Of a DNA stretch of 64,000 nucleotides, positions 1-9,231 are shown piece by piece. Every line of letters starts with the position of its first letter. Position 1 is the stretch's first letter. The stretch comes from an uncultured Planctomycetota bacterium. Its GTDB lineage: Bacteria > Planctomycetota > Planctomycetia > Gemmatales > Gemmataceae. Made by a program: the position numbers and the translations under genes. The notes under the pieces are model-generated. The model was not told where the DNA came from and did no database searches. It was given only the letters and a program-made list of their open reading frames with translations. The stretch spans positions 320,001 through 384,000 of the forward strand of contig CAWKHF010000001.1 of the NCBI GenBank assembly GCA_963849325.1, in the 5' to 3' direction.

Positions 1-4
1 CCTG

Positions 5-59
5 TCGGAGCCTGAAGCGTAAGCGAAGGGTATTCCTTCGCTTACGCTTCAGGCTCCGA
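5..59. repeat. REP-like palindrome, family A (arm CGAGCCTGAAGCGTAAGCGAAG)
   Basis: Long inverted repeat; same arm recurs at 6304, 35558, 37212, 48411 and 56711. Confidence 0.9.
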
Positions 60-73
60 AAGAAGGGTGATCC

Positions 74-1225
74 ATGAGCGAGCGAATCCTCTGCGTCGAT
101 GACGAGCCGAACGTGCTGGCGGGCTATCGGCGTCAGCTGCGCAAGCAGTTCGACATCGAGGTTGCCCGAGGCGGCGAGGAAGGGCTGGATGCGCTGGCAC
201 GCGGCCCGTTCGCGGTGATCGTTTCTGACATGCGCATGCCGGGCCTGAGCGGGGCGCAGTTCCTGGCCCGTGTGCGCGAGGCTGCTCCGGACAGCGTGCG
301 TATGCTGCTGACCGGCTTCGCCGACCAGCAGGCGGCCATCGCCGCCGTCAACGACGGTCACATCTTTCGCTTCCTCACCAAGCCCTGTCCGCCGGAGACG
401 TTCTTGAAGGCCCTCGCCGCCGGCGTGCGGCAATATCGTCTCCTCCAGTCCGAGAAGGAACTATTGGAGCACACCCTGCGGGGCAGCATCAAGGTACTCA
501 CGGAGGTGCTGTCGCTGGTCAACCCGTCGGCGTTCGGCCGGGCCGCGCGGGTGCAGCGTCTGGCGCGACGGCTGGCGGAGACACTGCGCCTGGAGGACGT
601 TTGGCGGATCGAGGTGGCGGCCATGCTGTCGCAAATCGGCTGCGTCACCGTGCCCGAACCCGTGCTCGCCAAGGTCTTCCACGATACCGACCTCTGTCCG
701 CACGACCTCGATATGTTCGAGCGCCATCCGCGCATCGGGGCGGAGCTGATCGGAAAGATCCCGCGCCTGGAGTCCGTGGCGGAGATCATCGCCTACCAGG
801 AGAAGCATTTCGACGGCAACGGTCTGCCCGCCGACGACCGCAAGGGATCGGCCATTCCCGTGGGCGCCCGCATCCTCAAGGCGGCCCTCGATTTCGACTG
901 CCTGGAGGCGCGCGAGCACTCGCCGAAGACGGCACTGGAGCGCCTCAAGTACCGCGACGGTTGGTACGACCCGGCCGTTCTCGATGCTCTGGAGCGGATT
1001 GCGGAAGAGGAGGCGAGTTACGAGAGCCAGGTACTCCGTGTCGGCGACATGCGCGGCGGCATGATCCTGGCCGAAGACGCCGTCGCCGTCAACGGCGTCA
1101 TGCTTCTGCGCAAGGGCCAGGAGGTCCGCGAGACCTTGCTCCAGCGCCTGCGCAACCTGTCGGCGAGCGGCTTGATCCGCGAGCCGATCCGCGTGCTGGT
1201 GCCGTCTCATCCATGCACCCGTTGA
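74..1225 (+). CDS. Response regulator, REC domain plus degenerate HD-GYP-like domain
   Basis: ILCVDDE...SDMRMPG...FLTKP receiver domain; C-terminal HP.IG..L / E.FDG.G.P / GARIL region; HD dyad appears as SQ. Confidence 0.85.
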   Translation: MSERILCVDDEPNVLAGYRRQLRKQFDIEVARGGEEGLDALARGPFAVIVSDMRMPGLSGAQFLARVREAAPDSVRMLLTGFADQQAAIAAVNDGHIFRFLTKPCPPETFLKALAAGVRQYRLLQSEKELLEHTLRGSIKVLTEVLSLVNPSAFGRAARVQRLARRLAETLRLEDVWRIEVAAMLSQIGCVTVPEPVLAKVFHDTDLCPHDLDMFERHPRIGAELIGKIPRLESVAEIIAYQEKHFDGNGLPADDRKGSAIPVGARILKAALDFDCLEAREHSPKTALERLKYRDGWYDPAVLDALERIAEEEASYESQVLRVGDMRGGMILAEDAVAVNGVMLLRKGQEVRETLLQRLRNLSASGLIREPIRVLVPSHPCTR

Positions 1226-1231
1226 GGGTGA

Positions 1232-1301
1232 CTCGTTTAGCCGCGACGCGCAGCGGAGCGCGGGATTCCCCGCGCTCCGCTGCGCGTCGCGGCTAAACGA
1301 G
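1232..1301. repeat. REP-like palindrome, family B (arm GTTTAGCCGCGACGCGCAGCGGAGCGCG)
   Basis: Perfect inverted repeat between convergent genes; six more copies in the window. Confidence 0.9.
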
Positions 1302-1316
1302 ACAAGCTCGACGGAA

Positions 1317-1685
1317 TTACTGGTCCTTCTTCTTCTTGCCGCCGCCCAGGACGCGGATCTCGGTGATCTTGTTGTTGTCGGTGACGATCACGGCCCGGAC
1401 GCCCTTGTCGCTGATGTTGGAAAACATCTTGTGCTTGAGGCCGCCTTCGATGTCGTCGCCGGCCTCGGCTTTCTTGGTCTCCTTGTTGAACTTGCCCTTG
1501 ACCACCTTGACGTTGGAGGCGGCCGTCAGCGTTTGCTCGTCGCCCTTCTGGCCCTTGCCCTTGGTCGGGGCGAAGGTGACCTTGTTTCCGTCCACCTTGG
1601 TGATGACCGCCCGGATCTCGTCGGCGAAGGCGATGCCGGCGCCCAGAACCAGGACGATCGAGGCAGCGAAGACTTTCCGCAACAT
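1317..1685 (-). CDS. Small Lys-rich exported hypothetical protein
   Basis: AAGGAG RBS before ATG at 1685; signal peptide MLRKVFAASIVLVLGAGIAFA. Confidence 0.8.
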   Translation of the reverse strand: MLRKVFAASIVLVLGAGIAFADEIRAVITKVDGNKVTFAPTKGKGQKGDEQTLTAASNVKVVKGKFNKETKKAEAGDDIEGGLKHKMFSNISDKGVRAVIVTDNNKITEIRVLGGGKKKKDQ

Positions 1686-1927
1686 ACCGTACTCCTTGTA
1701 AAACGGCCGCAGTTTGATCCGGCACAACGCCGGGACCATTCTCGAAGTAAGCCCGCGAGTCGGATGGAGGGCGAGGCGGAGGCAGGACCGGCGTCCCGAC
1801 GGAAACGGACAATCTCCGCGAGACGATGCGCCCGCCTCGGGCAACGGATTAAACCCGCTTGGGGCCGGAAGGTCTCGGCTGGACGTCACAATCTTTTTCA
1901 AAAACCCGAGGTGGGCTTCCGCGGGCG

Positions 1928-2770
1928 TCAGGGACGCGGCAGCGGAGCGGGCGCGTTCTCCGGCGGCGCCGGCCGCGTGAAGTCGATGCGGAACCAGTCG
2001 TTGGCGCGGACGTGAATGGGACGGGTGTCCTCGATGGCTTTGCCGGCCGCGTTGGTGTAGCGGACGCTGATCTGGTAGGTGAAGCTCTGACCGGGCGTCA
2101 GCGGCGGCGAGACGAACTCCCGAACCGCTCCCGTCTGGCGGGTCATTTCGCCGTCGATGCGAATCTCGGCGTTCTCCGGCACGGCGAGCTGCAAATGGGC
2201 GGCGTTATCGGGCGGCGGCGTCTGCCCCGGTATGGCGCCGCCGGGCGCAGCGGCGTAGCCACCGAAGGCCGGTACGGCGACCGGGCCGCCGCCGTAGGGC
2301 GGATAGAGACCATATCCGCCCCCGCCATATCCGCCCAGTCCGTAGCCTCCCATCCCCAACCCGCCGGCGCCGAGTCCCCCCAAACCCAACCCGCCGCCCC
2401 CGAGACCGCCCAAACCCAACCCACCGAGGCCGAGACCGCCCAGGCCCAGACCGCCTAAACTCAATCCACCTACACCCAGGCCGCCATAACCGTAATACGG
2501 CCGATAAAAGCCATAGCCGTAACCGGGATAGCCATAGCCGTGGTTAAACCCGCCGTAGTAGTTGTGGTAATAACCGCCGTGGTAGGGTCCGCCTTGATGG
2601 TATCCTCCGTGGTACGGGCCGCCGGGGTGTCCGCCATAACTGCCATGCCCGCCGGCGCCGCCGCCCCCATGTCCGCCGCCGCCGTGTGCGAGGATGGTCG
2701 CACTCGTTCCCAGAAACAACGCCGTCGTCATCGTCGCGGTACACAGAAGCGAACCGAGCCGCCCTAACAT
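1928..2770 (-). CDS. TIGR03000-type planctomycete domain protein with Gly/Tyr/His-rich low-complexity N-terminus
   Basis: Signal peptide; GGPYHGGY and GLGGL repeats; C-terminal VPENAEIRIDG..TRQTGAVREFVSPPLTPG domain. Confidence 0.8.
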   Translation of the reverse strand: MLGRLGSLLCTATMTTALFLGTSATILAHGGGGHGGGGAGGHGSYGGHPGGPYHGGYHQGGPYHGGYYHNYYGGFNHGYGYPGYGYGFYRPYYGYGGLGVGGLSLGGLGLGGLGLGGLGLGGLGGGGLGLGGLGAGGLGMGGYGLGGYGGGGYGLYPPYGGGPVAVPAFGGYAAAPGGAIPGQTPPPDNAAHLQLAVPENAEIRIDGEMTRQTGAVREFVSPPLTPGQSFTYQISVRYTNAAGKAIEDTRPIHVRANDWFRIDFTRPAPPENAPAPLPRP

Positions 2771-2920
2771 GGAATGTCCTCCCGGTGTCCGCGGGGCGAA
2801 AAGGGCGATACTATACTATTTCACTTGCCGAGAGTGCCGGGGGCCTGCGCCGGAAAGATTCTCGCCTCTTTGTCACGCCGACGGCGGGGAGACCCGGATC
2901 GATCCGTGCAATCGTGCGCC

Positions 2921-2949
2921 TTGATCCCCGCGAACGTCTCGTCTACACT
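2921..2949 (+). promoter_or_regulatory. Putative sigma70 promoter for the nitrile hydratase operon
   Basis: TTGATC-17 nt-TACACT. Confidence 0.45.
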
Positions 2950-2972
2950 GCGGGAACGCGAGCAGGCCGGGA

Positions 2973-3035
2973 GTTTCGCCGCGACGCGCAGCGGAGCGCG
3001 GGATTCCCGCGCTCCGCTGCGCGTCGCGGCGAAAC
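2973..3035. repeat. REP-like palindrome, family B
   Basis: Inverted repeat between the putative promoter and the nthA RBS. Confidence 0.9.
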
Positions 3036-3050
3036 AGATAGGAGGCCGCC

Positions 3051-3683
3051 TTGAGCGAGCACCATCACGACCACGACCATACCGAACCGCCCTCCGACTT
3101 GGTGTTGCGCGTGCAGGCGCTGGAATCGCTGCTGACCGAGAAGAGCCTGGTCGATCCCGCGGCGCTGGACGTGCTCATCGACGCCTACGAGACGAAGATC
3201 GGCCCGCGCAACGGGGCGCGCGTCGTGGCCCGCGCCTGGAGCGATCCGGCGTTCAAGCGGGAGCTGCTGCGGGACGCCACGGCGGCCATCGCCTCCTTGG
3301 GCTACGCCGGCCGGCAGGGCGAACACTTGCAGGTGGTCGAGAACACGGCCGAGGTCCACAACCTCGTGGTTTGCACGCTGTGTTCGTGCTATCCGTGGCC
3401 GGTGCTGGGACTGCCGCCGGTGTGGTACAAGTCCGCCGCCTACCGCGCCCGCGCTGTCGCCGACCCGCGCGGCGTCTTGCAAGAGTTCGGCACCGCGCTC
3501 GGCGCCGGCGTCGAAGTCCGCGTGTGGGACTCCACCTCGGAGGTGCGTTACCTGGTGCTGCCGGAACGTCCGTCCGGCACCGACGGCTGGAACGAGGAAC
3601 AGCTCGCCGCCCTGGTGACGCGCAACGCCATGATCGGCGTCGAAAAGGCGCGGTCGCCGCAAGAAGTCGGGAGGGAGGCATGA
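3051..3683 (+). CDS. nthA: Cobalt-type nitrile hydratase alpha subunit
   Basis: [11 protein letters not shown] metal-binding motif (T/Y form, Co-type); GGAGG RBS with TTG start. Confidence 0.95.
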   Translation: MSEHHHDHDHTEPPSDLVLRVQALESLLTEKSLVDPAALDVLIDAYETKIGPRNGARVVARAWSDPAFKRELLRDATAAIASLGYAGRQGEHLQVVENTAEVHNLVVCTLCSCYPWPVLGLPPVWYKSAAYRARAVADPRGVLQEFGTALGAGVEVRVWDSTSEVRYLVLPERPSGTDGWNEEQLAALVTRNAMIGVEKARSPQEVGREA

Positions 3684-4348
3684 ACGGCGGGCACGACCTG
3701 GGCGGCATGCACGGTTTCGGTCCCCTCGACGCCGAACCGGAGGGCCGCGAGCCGGTCTTTCATGCCGACTGGGAAAAGCGTGTGTTCGCCCTGGTGCGCG
3801 CGACCGGGGCGCTGGGACGATGGAACAGCGACAAGACGCGCCATGCCCGCGAGCGTCAGCACCCCGCCGATTATCTGCGGCACAGTTACTACGAAAACTG
3901 GTTGGCGGGCCTGGAGACGCAGTTGCGCGAGACGGGCCTGGTAACGGCGGAGGAGTTGGCGACCGGCAAGGCGGCGGGGTTGGCCGACGAGGACGTGCGC
4001 CGGCGTCGCCTGACGGCGGAAGAGGCCGCCGCGTCCGTGGCTCGCGGTGCGCCGGCGACGATGCCGGCCGACACCGCTCCGCGTTTCGGACTCGGCGACC
4101 GCGTTCGCGCCGTCAATCGGCACCCGGCCGGCCACACGCGCCAGCCGCGTTACGTCCGCGGACGCGCCGGCGTCATCCACGAGTATCACGGCACCCACGT
4201 CTTCCCCGACCTCAGCGCCGAGGGGGTGCGGGTGGGCCGGCACTTGTATACCGTGCGCTTCGAGGCGGCGGAACTGTGGGGCGAAAGCGCCAACGGCAAC
4301 AGCGCCGTCTACGTCGATCTGTGGCAAGACTACCTGGAGCCTGCCTGA
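3680..4348 (+). CDS. nthB: Nitrile hydratase beta subunit
   Basis: [15 protein letters not shown]-terminus; [17 protein letters not shown]; overlaps the nthA stop (ATGA). Confidence 0.95.
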   Translation: MNGGHDLGGMHGFGPLDAEPEGREPVFHADWEKRVFALVRATGALGRWNSDKTRHARERQHPADYLRHSYYENWLAGLETQLRETGLVTAEELATGKAAGLADEDVRRRRLTAEEAAASVARGAPATMPADTAPRFGLGDRVRAVNRHPAGHTRQPRYVRGRAGVIHEYHGTHVFPDLSAEGVRVGRHLYTVRFEAAELWGESANGNSAVYVDLWQDYLEPA

Positions 4349-4728
4349 TGCCGTCTCCTTCTGTTGCGATCCACGATCTTCCGGCGCTGCCGCGCGACGC
4401 GGACGGGCCGGTCTTTCAGGAACCGTGGCAGGCGCACGCCTTCGCCCTGACCGTGCGTCTGTCGGAGTCTGGTTGTTTCACCTGGTCGGAATGGACCGCG
4501 TTTCTCAGTCGGGAGATCCAGGCGGCGCGGCAACGGGGCGACCCGGACTCGGGCAATACCTACTACCAGCACTGGCTCAACGCCCTGGAACGATTGTGCG
4601 TCGCCAAGGGATTGGTGGGCGACGCGGACATGCGGCAGCGCAAGGAGCAATGGCGCCGCGCCTATCTTCATACGCCGCACGGTCGGCCGATTGAGTTGTC
4701 GGCCGGACAAACCGAGCCGCGACCGTAA
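4348..4728 (+). CDS. Nitrile hydratase accessory/activator protein (P14K-like)
   Basis: PVFQEPWQAHAFAL, FTWSEW and YYQHWLNALE motifs; TGATG coupling to nthB. Confidence 0.9.
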   Translation: MPSPSVAIHDLPALPRDADGPVFQEPWQAHAFALTVRLSESGCFTWSEWTAFLSREIQAARQRGDPDSGNTYYQHWLNALERLCVAKGLVGDADMRQRKEQWRRAYLHTPHGRPIELSAGQTEPRP

Positions 4729-4784
4729 GGGAGCGGGCACAACCGTTCCCTTACGGTCGCGGCTCGGACAGTCGCGGCTCGGTT
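4711..4784. repeat. REP-like palindrome, family C (arm CCGAGCCGCGACCGTAAGGGAGCG)
   Basis: Inverted repeat with a partly duplicated right arm; half-copy at ~13138-13163. Confidence 0.75.
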
Positions 4785-4796
4785 GGGTCGGCTCGC

Positions 4797-5162
4797 TCAG
4801 GAATTGGTCGGCGGCGATCCTCCCCCGCTATCTGGGCCGCCGCGCCGCCTCCGCTCTCCGGACTCCGATTTCCAGTGGCGCCACGGCCGAAGGGACGGAT
4901 TGCGTGCCAGCACCGCCCCCGTGGCGATCGAAGCCACCGAGGCCACGATGCCGGCGACGATCTTCAGCGTCTGCCGGCGCGACGGCTTCGACGAGGGCAG
5001 GGCTACCGAGGGCACGCCGCCCGAGGACGGCGTGGCCTTGGCGCCGGCAGCGCGCACCGTCCCGCGCTTCTGGCAGACGCGACACAGGATCACCTTGTTG
5101 GCCAGGTCGTCGGCGACCTCGTAGCCGGCCTTGCAATTCGGACACTCAAACTTCACCGCCAT
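4797..5162 (-). CDS. Zinc-ribbon-containing membrane-anchored hypothetical protein
   Basis: FECPNC...LCRVC N-terminal Zn ribbon; one hydrophobic segment; GAGG RBS. Confidence 0.7.
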   Translation of the reverse strand: MAVKFECPNCKAGYEVADDLANKVILCRVCQKRGTVRAAGAKATPSSGGVPSVALPSSKPSRRQTLKIVAGIVASVASIATGAVLARNPSLRPWRHWKSESGERRRRGGPDSGGGSPPTNS

Positions 5163-5292
5163 GACTCGTCCCTCACCGGATGTACGGCCCGCGGCTCGAT
5201 GGATCGCTCGCCGCGCACCTTTCATCATAGTAATGTAAGGAGGCGTCGATGAGAAGAGCGTGAATTCGCGCGACGCCGCGCCGGTAAATGTT

Positions 5293-5321
5293 TTGACAGT
5301 CTCTCGTCACGCGAATAGACT
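5293..5321 (+). promoter_or_regulatory. Putative sigma70 promoter
   Basis: TTGACA-17 nt-TAGACT. Confidence 0.55.
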
Positions 5322-5457
5322 TTCCTCAATTCGCCTTGCGGAAACGGTCCCCTTGGAGTACGACGGTTTCTGGGGACCAACGGAGCGGAAACGTCCACAA
5401 AGTAGCGAGAAGAGGCGGCCGGCAGCGTCCGCCGGGAACGAGTGAGGAGAACGCGGC

Positions 5458-6295
5458 ATGCTCCCTTCCAGGCAACTGGACAGCACCGGGCTGGAGGAAG
5501 CCTACTATCGGCTGTTTCGTGAGTTCTTCGACAAGGCCGAGAAGAAGCGGCGCTGGTCGCTGCGCGACGACATCCCCTGGGACCAGGTCAACCGCAACCT
5601 CAACCCGGCCATCGCCGACGTGCTGGAGACGTTCTGCGCCGTCGAGCTGTATCTGCCCGACTACATCGACAAGGCCATGCCGATGCTGCGCAAGAGCCGC
5701 GGCCGAGCCTGGTTCCACGCCAACTGGGGCTACGAGGAAGCCAAACACTCGATGGCGATGGGCGATTGGCTGATCGCCTCCGGCCAGCGCACCGAGGACG
5801 ATTTCGCGCACCGTCGAGACGCAGGTCGGCGAATACGTGTGGGAGTTGCCGCACGATAGTCCCATCGGCATGGTGATGTACGGCATGTGTCAGGAGCTGG
5901 CCACCTTCTTGCACTATCGCAACCTGCGGCAATGCGTCGAGAACGACGCTGTCGGCGATCCCGCCCTGTCGAAGCTGCTCACCCTCATCTGCGTCGATGA
6001 ACGCTCGCACCACGACTTCTACAAGCAAGTGTCGAAGATGTACCTGGAGCGCGACCGCGCCGGCACCATCGAGGCGCTGCGCCGCGTCGTCCACACCTTC
6101 AAGATGCCGGCCGTCGATATGCTGGCCAACAGCCGTCAGCGCGTGCAGGCCATCCGCGAACTGAAGATATTCGACGAGGACGTTTTCTTCACTGAGGTCG
6201 TTCGGCCGATCCTGGACGTGCTCGGCATCGCCTGGTCGGAGTTCCGCCAGCGCAAACCGAATCGTCGCTCCATCTCCACGCCCTCCCTCCCCTGA
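5458..6295 (+). CDS. Acyl-ACP desaturase-like / ferritin-like di-iron protein (one apparent frameshift near 5805)
   Basis: DIPWD, AVELYLPDY, WGYEEAKH, QELAT and DERSH di-iron motifs split across ORFs 5458..5859 and 5837..6295. Confidence 0.8.
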
Positions 6296-6303
6296 CGTTT
6301 TTG

Positions 6304-6381
6304 TCCGAGCCTGAAGCGTAAGCGAAGAGAACGGCAACCTTCTTCGGTTGCCGTTCTCTTCGCTTACGCTTCAGGCTCGGA
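6304..6381. repeat. REP-like palindrome, family A with extended inner stem
   Basis: Near-perfect 78-nt hairpin. Confidence 0.9.
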
Positions 6382-6530
6382 TTAGTCGGCGTCTCCGGAT
6401 CTCCCCTCTTGGACGCCGGCCCGACCCGCAATAAGATGAACTCCGCAGGGTGCCGGCGTGTCTTTTCCCTGGAGCGCGGCGAACCGCTGGAAAGCGGGCG
6501 AACGGGGTCCGGTTGTAGGGGAATTTCGGC

Positions 6531-6559
6531 TTGCAACGCTTATGCCGCCTTCCTATACT
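6531..6559 (+). promoter_or_regulatory. Sigma70 promoter of the tRNA-tuf operon
   Basis: TTGCAA-17 nt-TATACT, ~25 nt upstream of the first tRNA. Confidence 0.65.
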
Positions 6560-6583
6560 TACTCTTTCCGCACGGGGGGGCTT

Positions 6584-6655
<72 letters not shown>

Positions 6656-6724
6656 TCCGCAGGTGAAACAAGCGGGAACGTGCGGCATCTCCCCCAGACG
6701 GTCTGGTGTTGGAGGAGCGACAAC

Positions 6725-6808
6725 GGGCAGATGGCCGAGCGGCCAATGGCACCAGACTGTAAATCTGGCGGACTCCGTCCTACGCAGGTTCGAATCCTGC
6801 TCTGCCCA
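6725..6808 (+). tRNA. tRNA-Tyr(GTA)
   Basis: Acceptor stem GGGCAGA/TCTGCCC; CCAGA-CT GTA AA-TCTGG; long variable arm. Confidence 0.95.
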
Positions 6809-6830
6809 TATGTAAAACCGTTGATGCAAT

Positions 6831-6903
6831 GCGGGTGTAGCTCAATGGCTAGAGCTCTTGCCTTCCAAGCAAGACGTTGTGGGTTCGACTCCCATCGCCC
6901 GCT
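6831..6903 (+). tRNA. tRNA-Gly(TCC)
   Basis: Acceptor stem GCGGGTG/CGCCCGC; CTTGC-CT TCC AA-GCAAG. Confidence 0.95.
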
Positions 6904-6905
6904 TT

Positions 6906-7349
6906 ATGGATGAGCAGCCCCTAAGACGTTGTCCGAAATGTAAGGTGATGAAGCCGGTTACCGACTTTCACCTGCGAAGTACAGGGCGGAGGCAGAGTTA
7001 TTGCCAGCCCTGCCTTCTCGCTTACTGCCAGGAGTATTATCGTAAGAACAAAGCGGTTTACGTTGCCCGCTCTATTCAATATCTGAAAAAAATTAAAGAG
7101 CTTCTTCGTTCCGCAAAGAAGAAGCCCTGTGCGGACTGTGGGCGGCAATACCCGTATTATGTGATGGACTTCGATCACCGTAATGGAGAAACCAAGCTGT
7201 TCAACGTGTCGGAATTGAATGGACATCGGCGGACCTCAAGGCGAAAACTCTTGGCCGAGATCGCCAAATGCGATGTGGTTTGCGCGAACTGCCACCGAAT
7301 CCGGACTTTCGAGCGGCGAATGAAAAAGGTAGATAAAGGAGAGACTTAG
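6906..7349 (+). CDS. Free-standing HNH-type endonuclease with N-terminal Zn-finger, inside the tRNA operon
   Basis: CPKC..K...DF...YCQPC, then [15 protein letters not shown]...[17 protein letters not shown]; visibly AT-richer than flanks. Confidence 0.8.
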   Translation: MDEQPLRRCPKCKVMKPVTDFHLRSTGRRQSYCQPCLLAYCQEYYRKNKAVYVARSIQYLKKIKELLRSAKKKPCADCGRQYPYYVMDFDHRNGETKLFNVSELNGHRRTSRRKLLAEIAKCDVVCANCHRIRTFERRMKKVDKGET

Positions 7350-7421
7350 GCTGCTGTAGCTCAATGGTAGAGCACCACATTGGTAATGTGGAGGTTTTGG
7401 GTTCAACTCCCAGCAGCAGCT
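7350..7421 (+). tRNA. tRNA-Thr(GGT)
   Basis: Acceptor stem GCTGCTG/CAGCAGC; CCACA-TT GGT AA-TGTGG. Confidence 0.95.
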
Positions 7422-7498
7422 CTTTGGTTTGGCGAACGTTATCACCCGGCTCTCGGACGGCCTCCGGGGCCCTTGCTTTGAAACCAAGCGGAGGAACG

Positions 7499-8752
<1,254 letters not shown>

Positions 8753-8783
8753 CACCGCAGGCCGCAAGCGGCGGAGAGCGATC

Positions 8784-8936
8784 ATGCGCGAATACGTCTG
8801 GCTGGAATGCACCGTCTGCGGGGCGCGGAACTACCGCACCGAGAAGGAGACGCGCGGGGCCAACCGGCTCGAACTGAAGAAGTTCTGCCGCAAGGAACGC
8901 AAGCACACCCCGCACAAGGAATCGCGGAAGAAGTAG
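8784..8936 (+). CDS. rpmG: 50S ribosomal protein L33
   Basis: LECTVCG.RNY.T.K...RLELKKFC...RKHT.HKE; canonical position before tRNA-Trp/secE. Confidence 0.95.
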   Translation: MREYVWLECTVCGARNYRTEKETRGANRLELKKFCRKERKHTPHKESRKK

Positions 8937-9012
8937 GGAGTCAGGGGTCAGAAAAGATAAAGCGAGGAACCGTGCATCGGCTGTCTTTGTCTTTTCTGAC
9001 CCCTGACCCCTG
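8937..9012. repeat. Heptamer-array hairpin (AGGGGTC)n ... (GACCCCT)n
   Basis: Inverted arms GTCAGGGGTCAGAAAAGA / TCTTTTCTGACCCCTGAC directly after the rpmG stop. Confidence 0.8.
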
Positions 9013-9016
9013 CGGA

Positions 9017-9089
9017 AGGGGTGTAGCTCAATTGGTAGAGCACTGGTCTCCAAAACCAGCGGTTGAGCGTTCGAGTCGCTCCGCCCCTG
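9017..9089 (+). tRNA. tRNA-Trp(CCA)
   Basis: Acceptor stem AGGGGTG/CGCCCCT; CTGGT-CT CCA AA-ACCAG. Confidence 0.95.
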
Positions 9090-9231
9090 TTTCGCAGCGG
9101 GTTGGCCGGGCGCCGCTGGGGGCCAACCCCCACGCCAGGAGGGTCGGGGCCGGCGGCGCCACGCGGAGATGAAACCGGCAGGGTCGCCGGCAGCCTTCAT
9201 CTCCACCTTTTTTCTCAGGACAGGAACTGTC

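Noticed and set aside
1237-1316. Recurrent peptide '[10 protein letters not shown]...SAARRG' in several ORF translations as a protein motif
   Set aside because: It is simply the translation of REP family B DNA in spurious ORF extensions
2774-3679. 524-aa ORF suggesting an N-terminally extended or fused NHase beta subunit
   Set aside because: The upstream part overlaps nthA in another frame; the true start MNGGHDLGG at 3680 has its own RBS
6382-6530. Possible ncRNA upstream of the tRNA promoter
   Set aside because: Some pairing potential, but no recognisable family motif or terminator
6904-7349. HNH ORF as part of a group I intron in a tRNA
   Set aside because: Both flanking tRNAs are uninterrupted, and the ORF leaves no room for a ribozyme core
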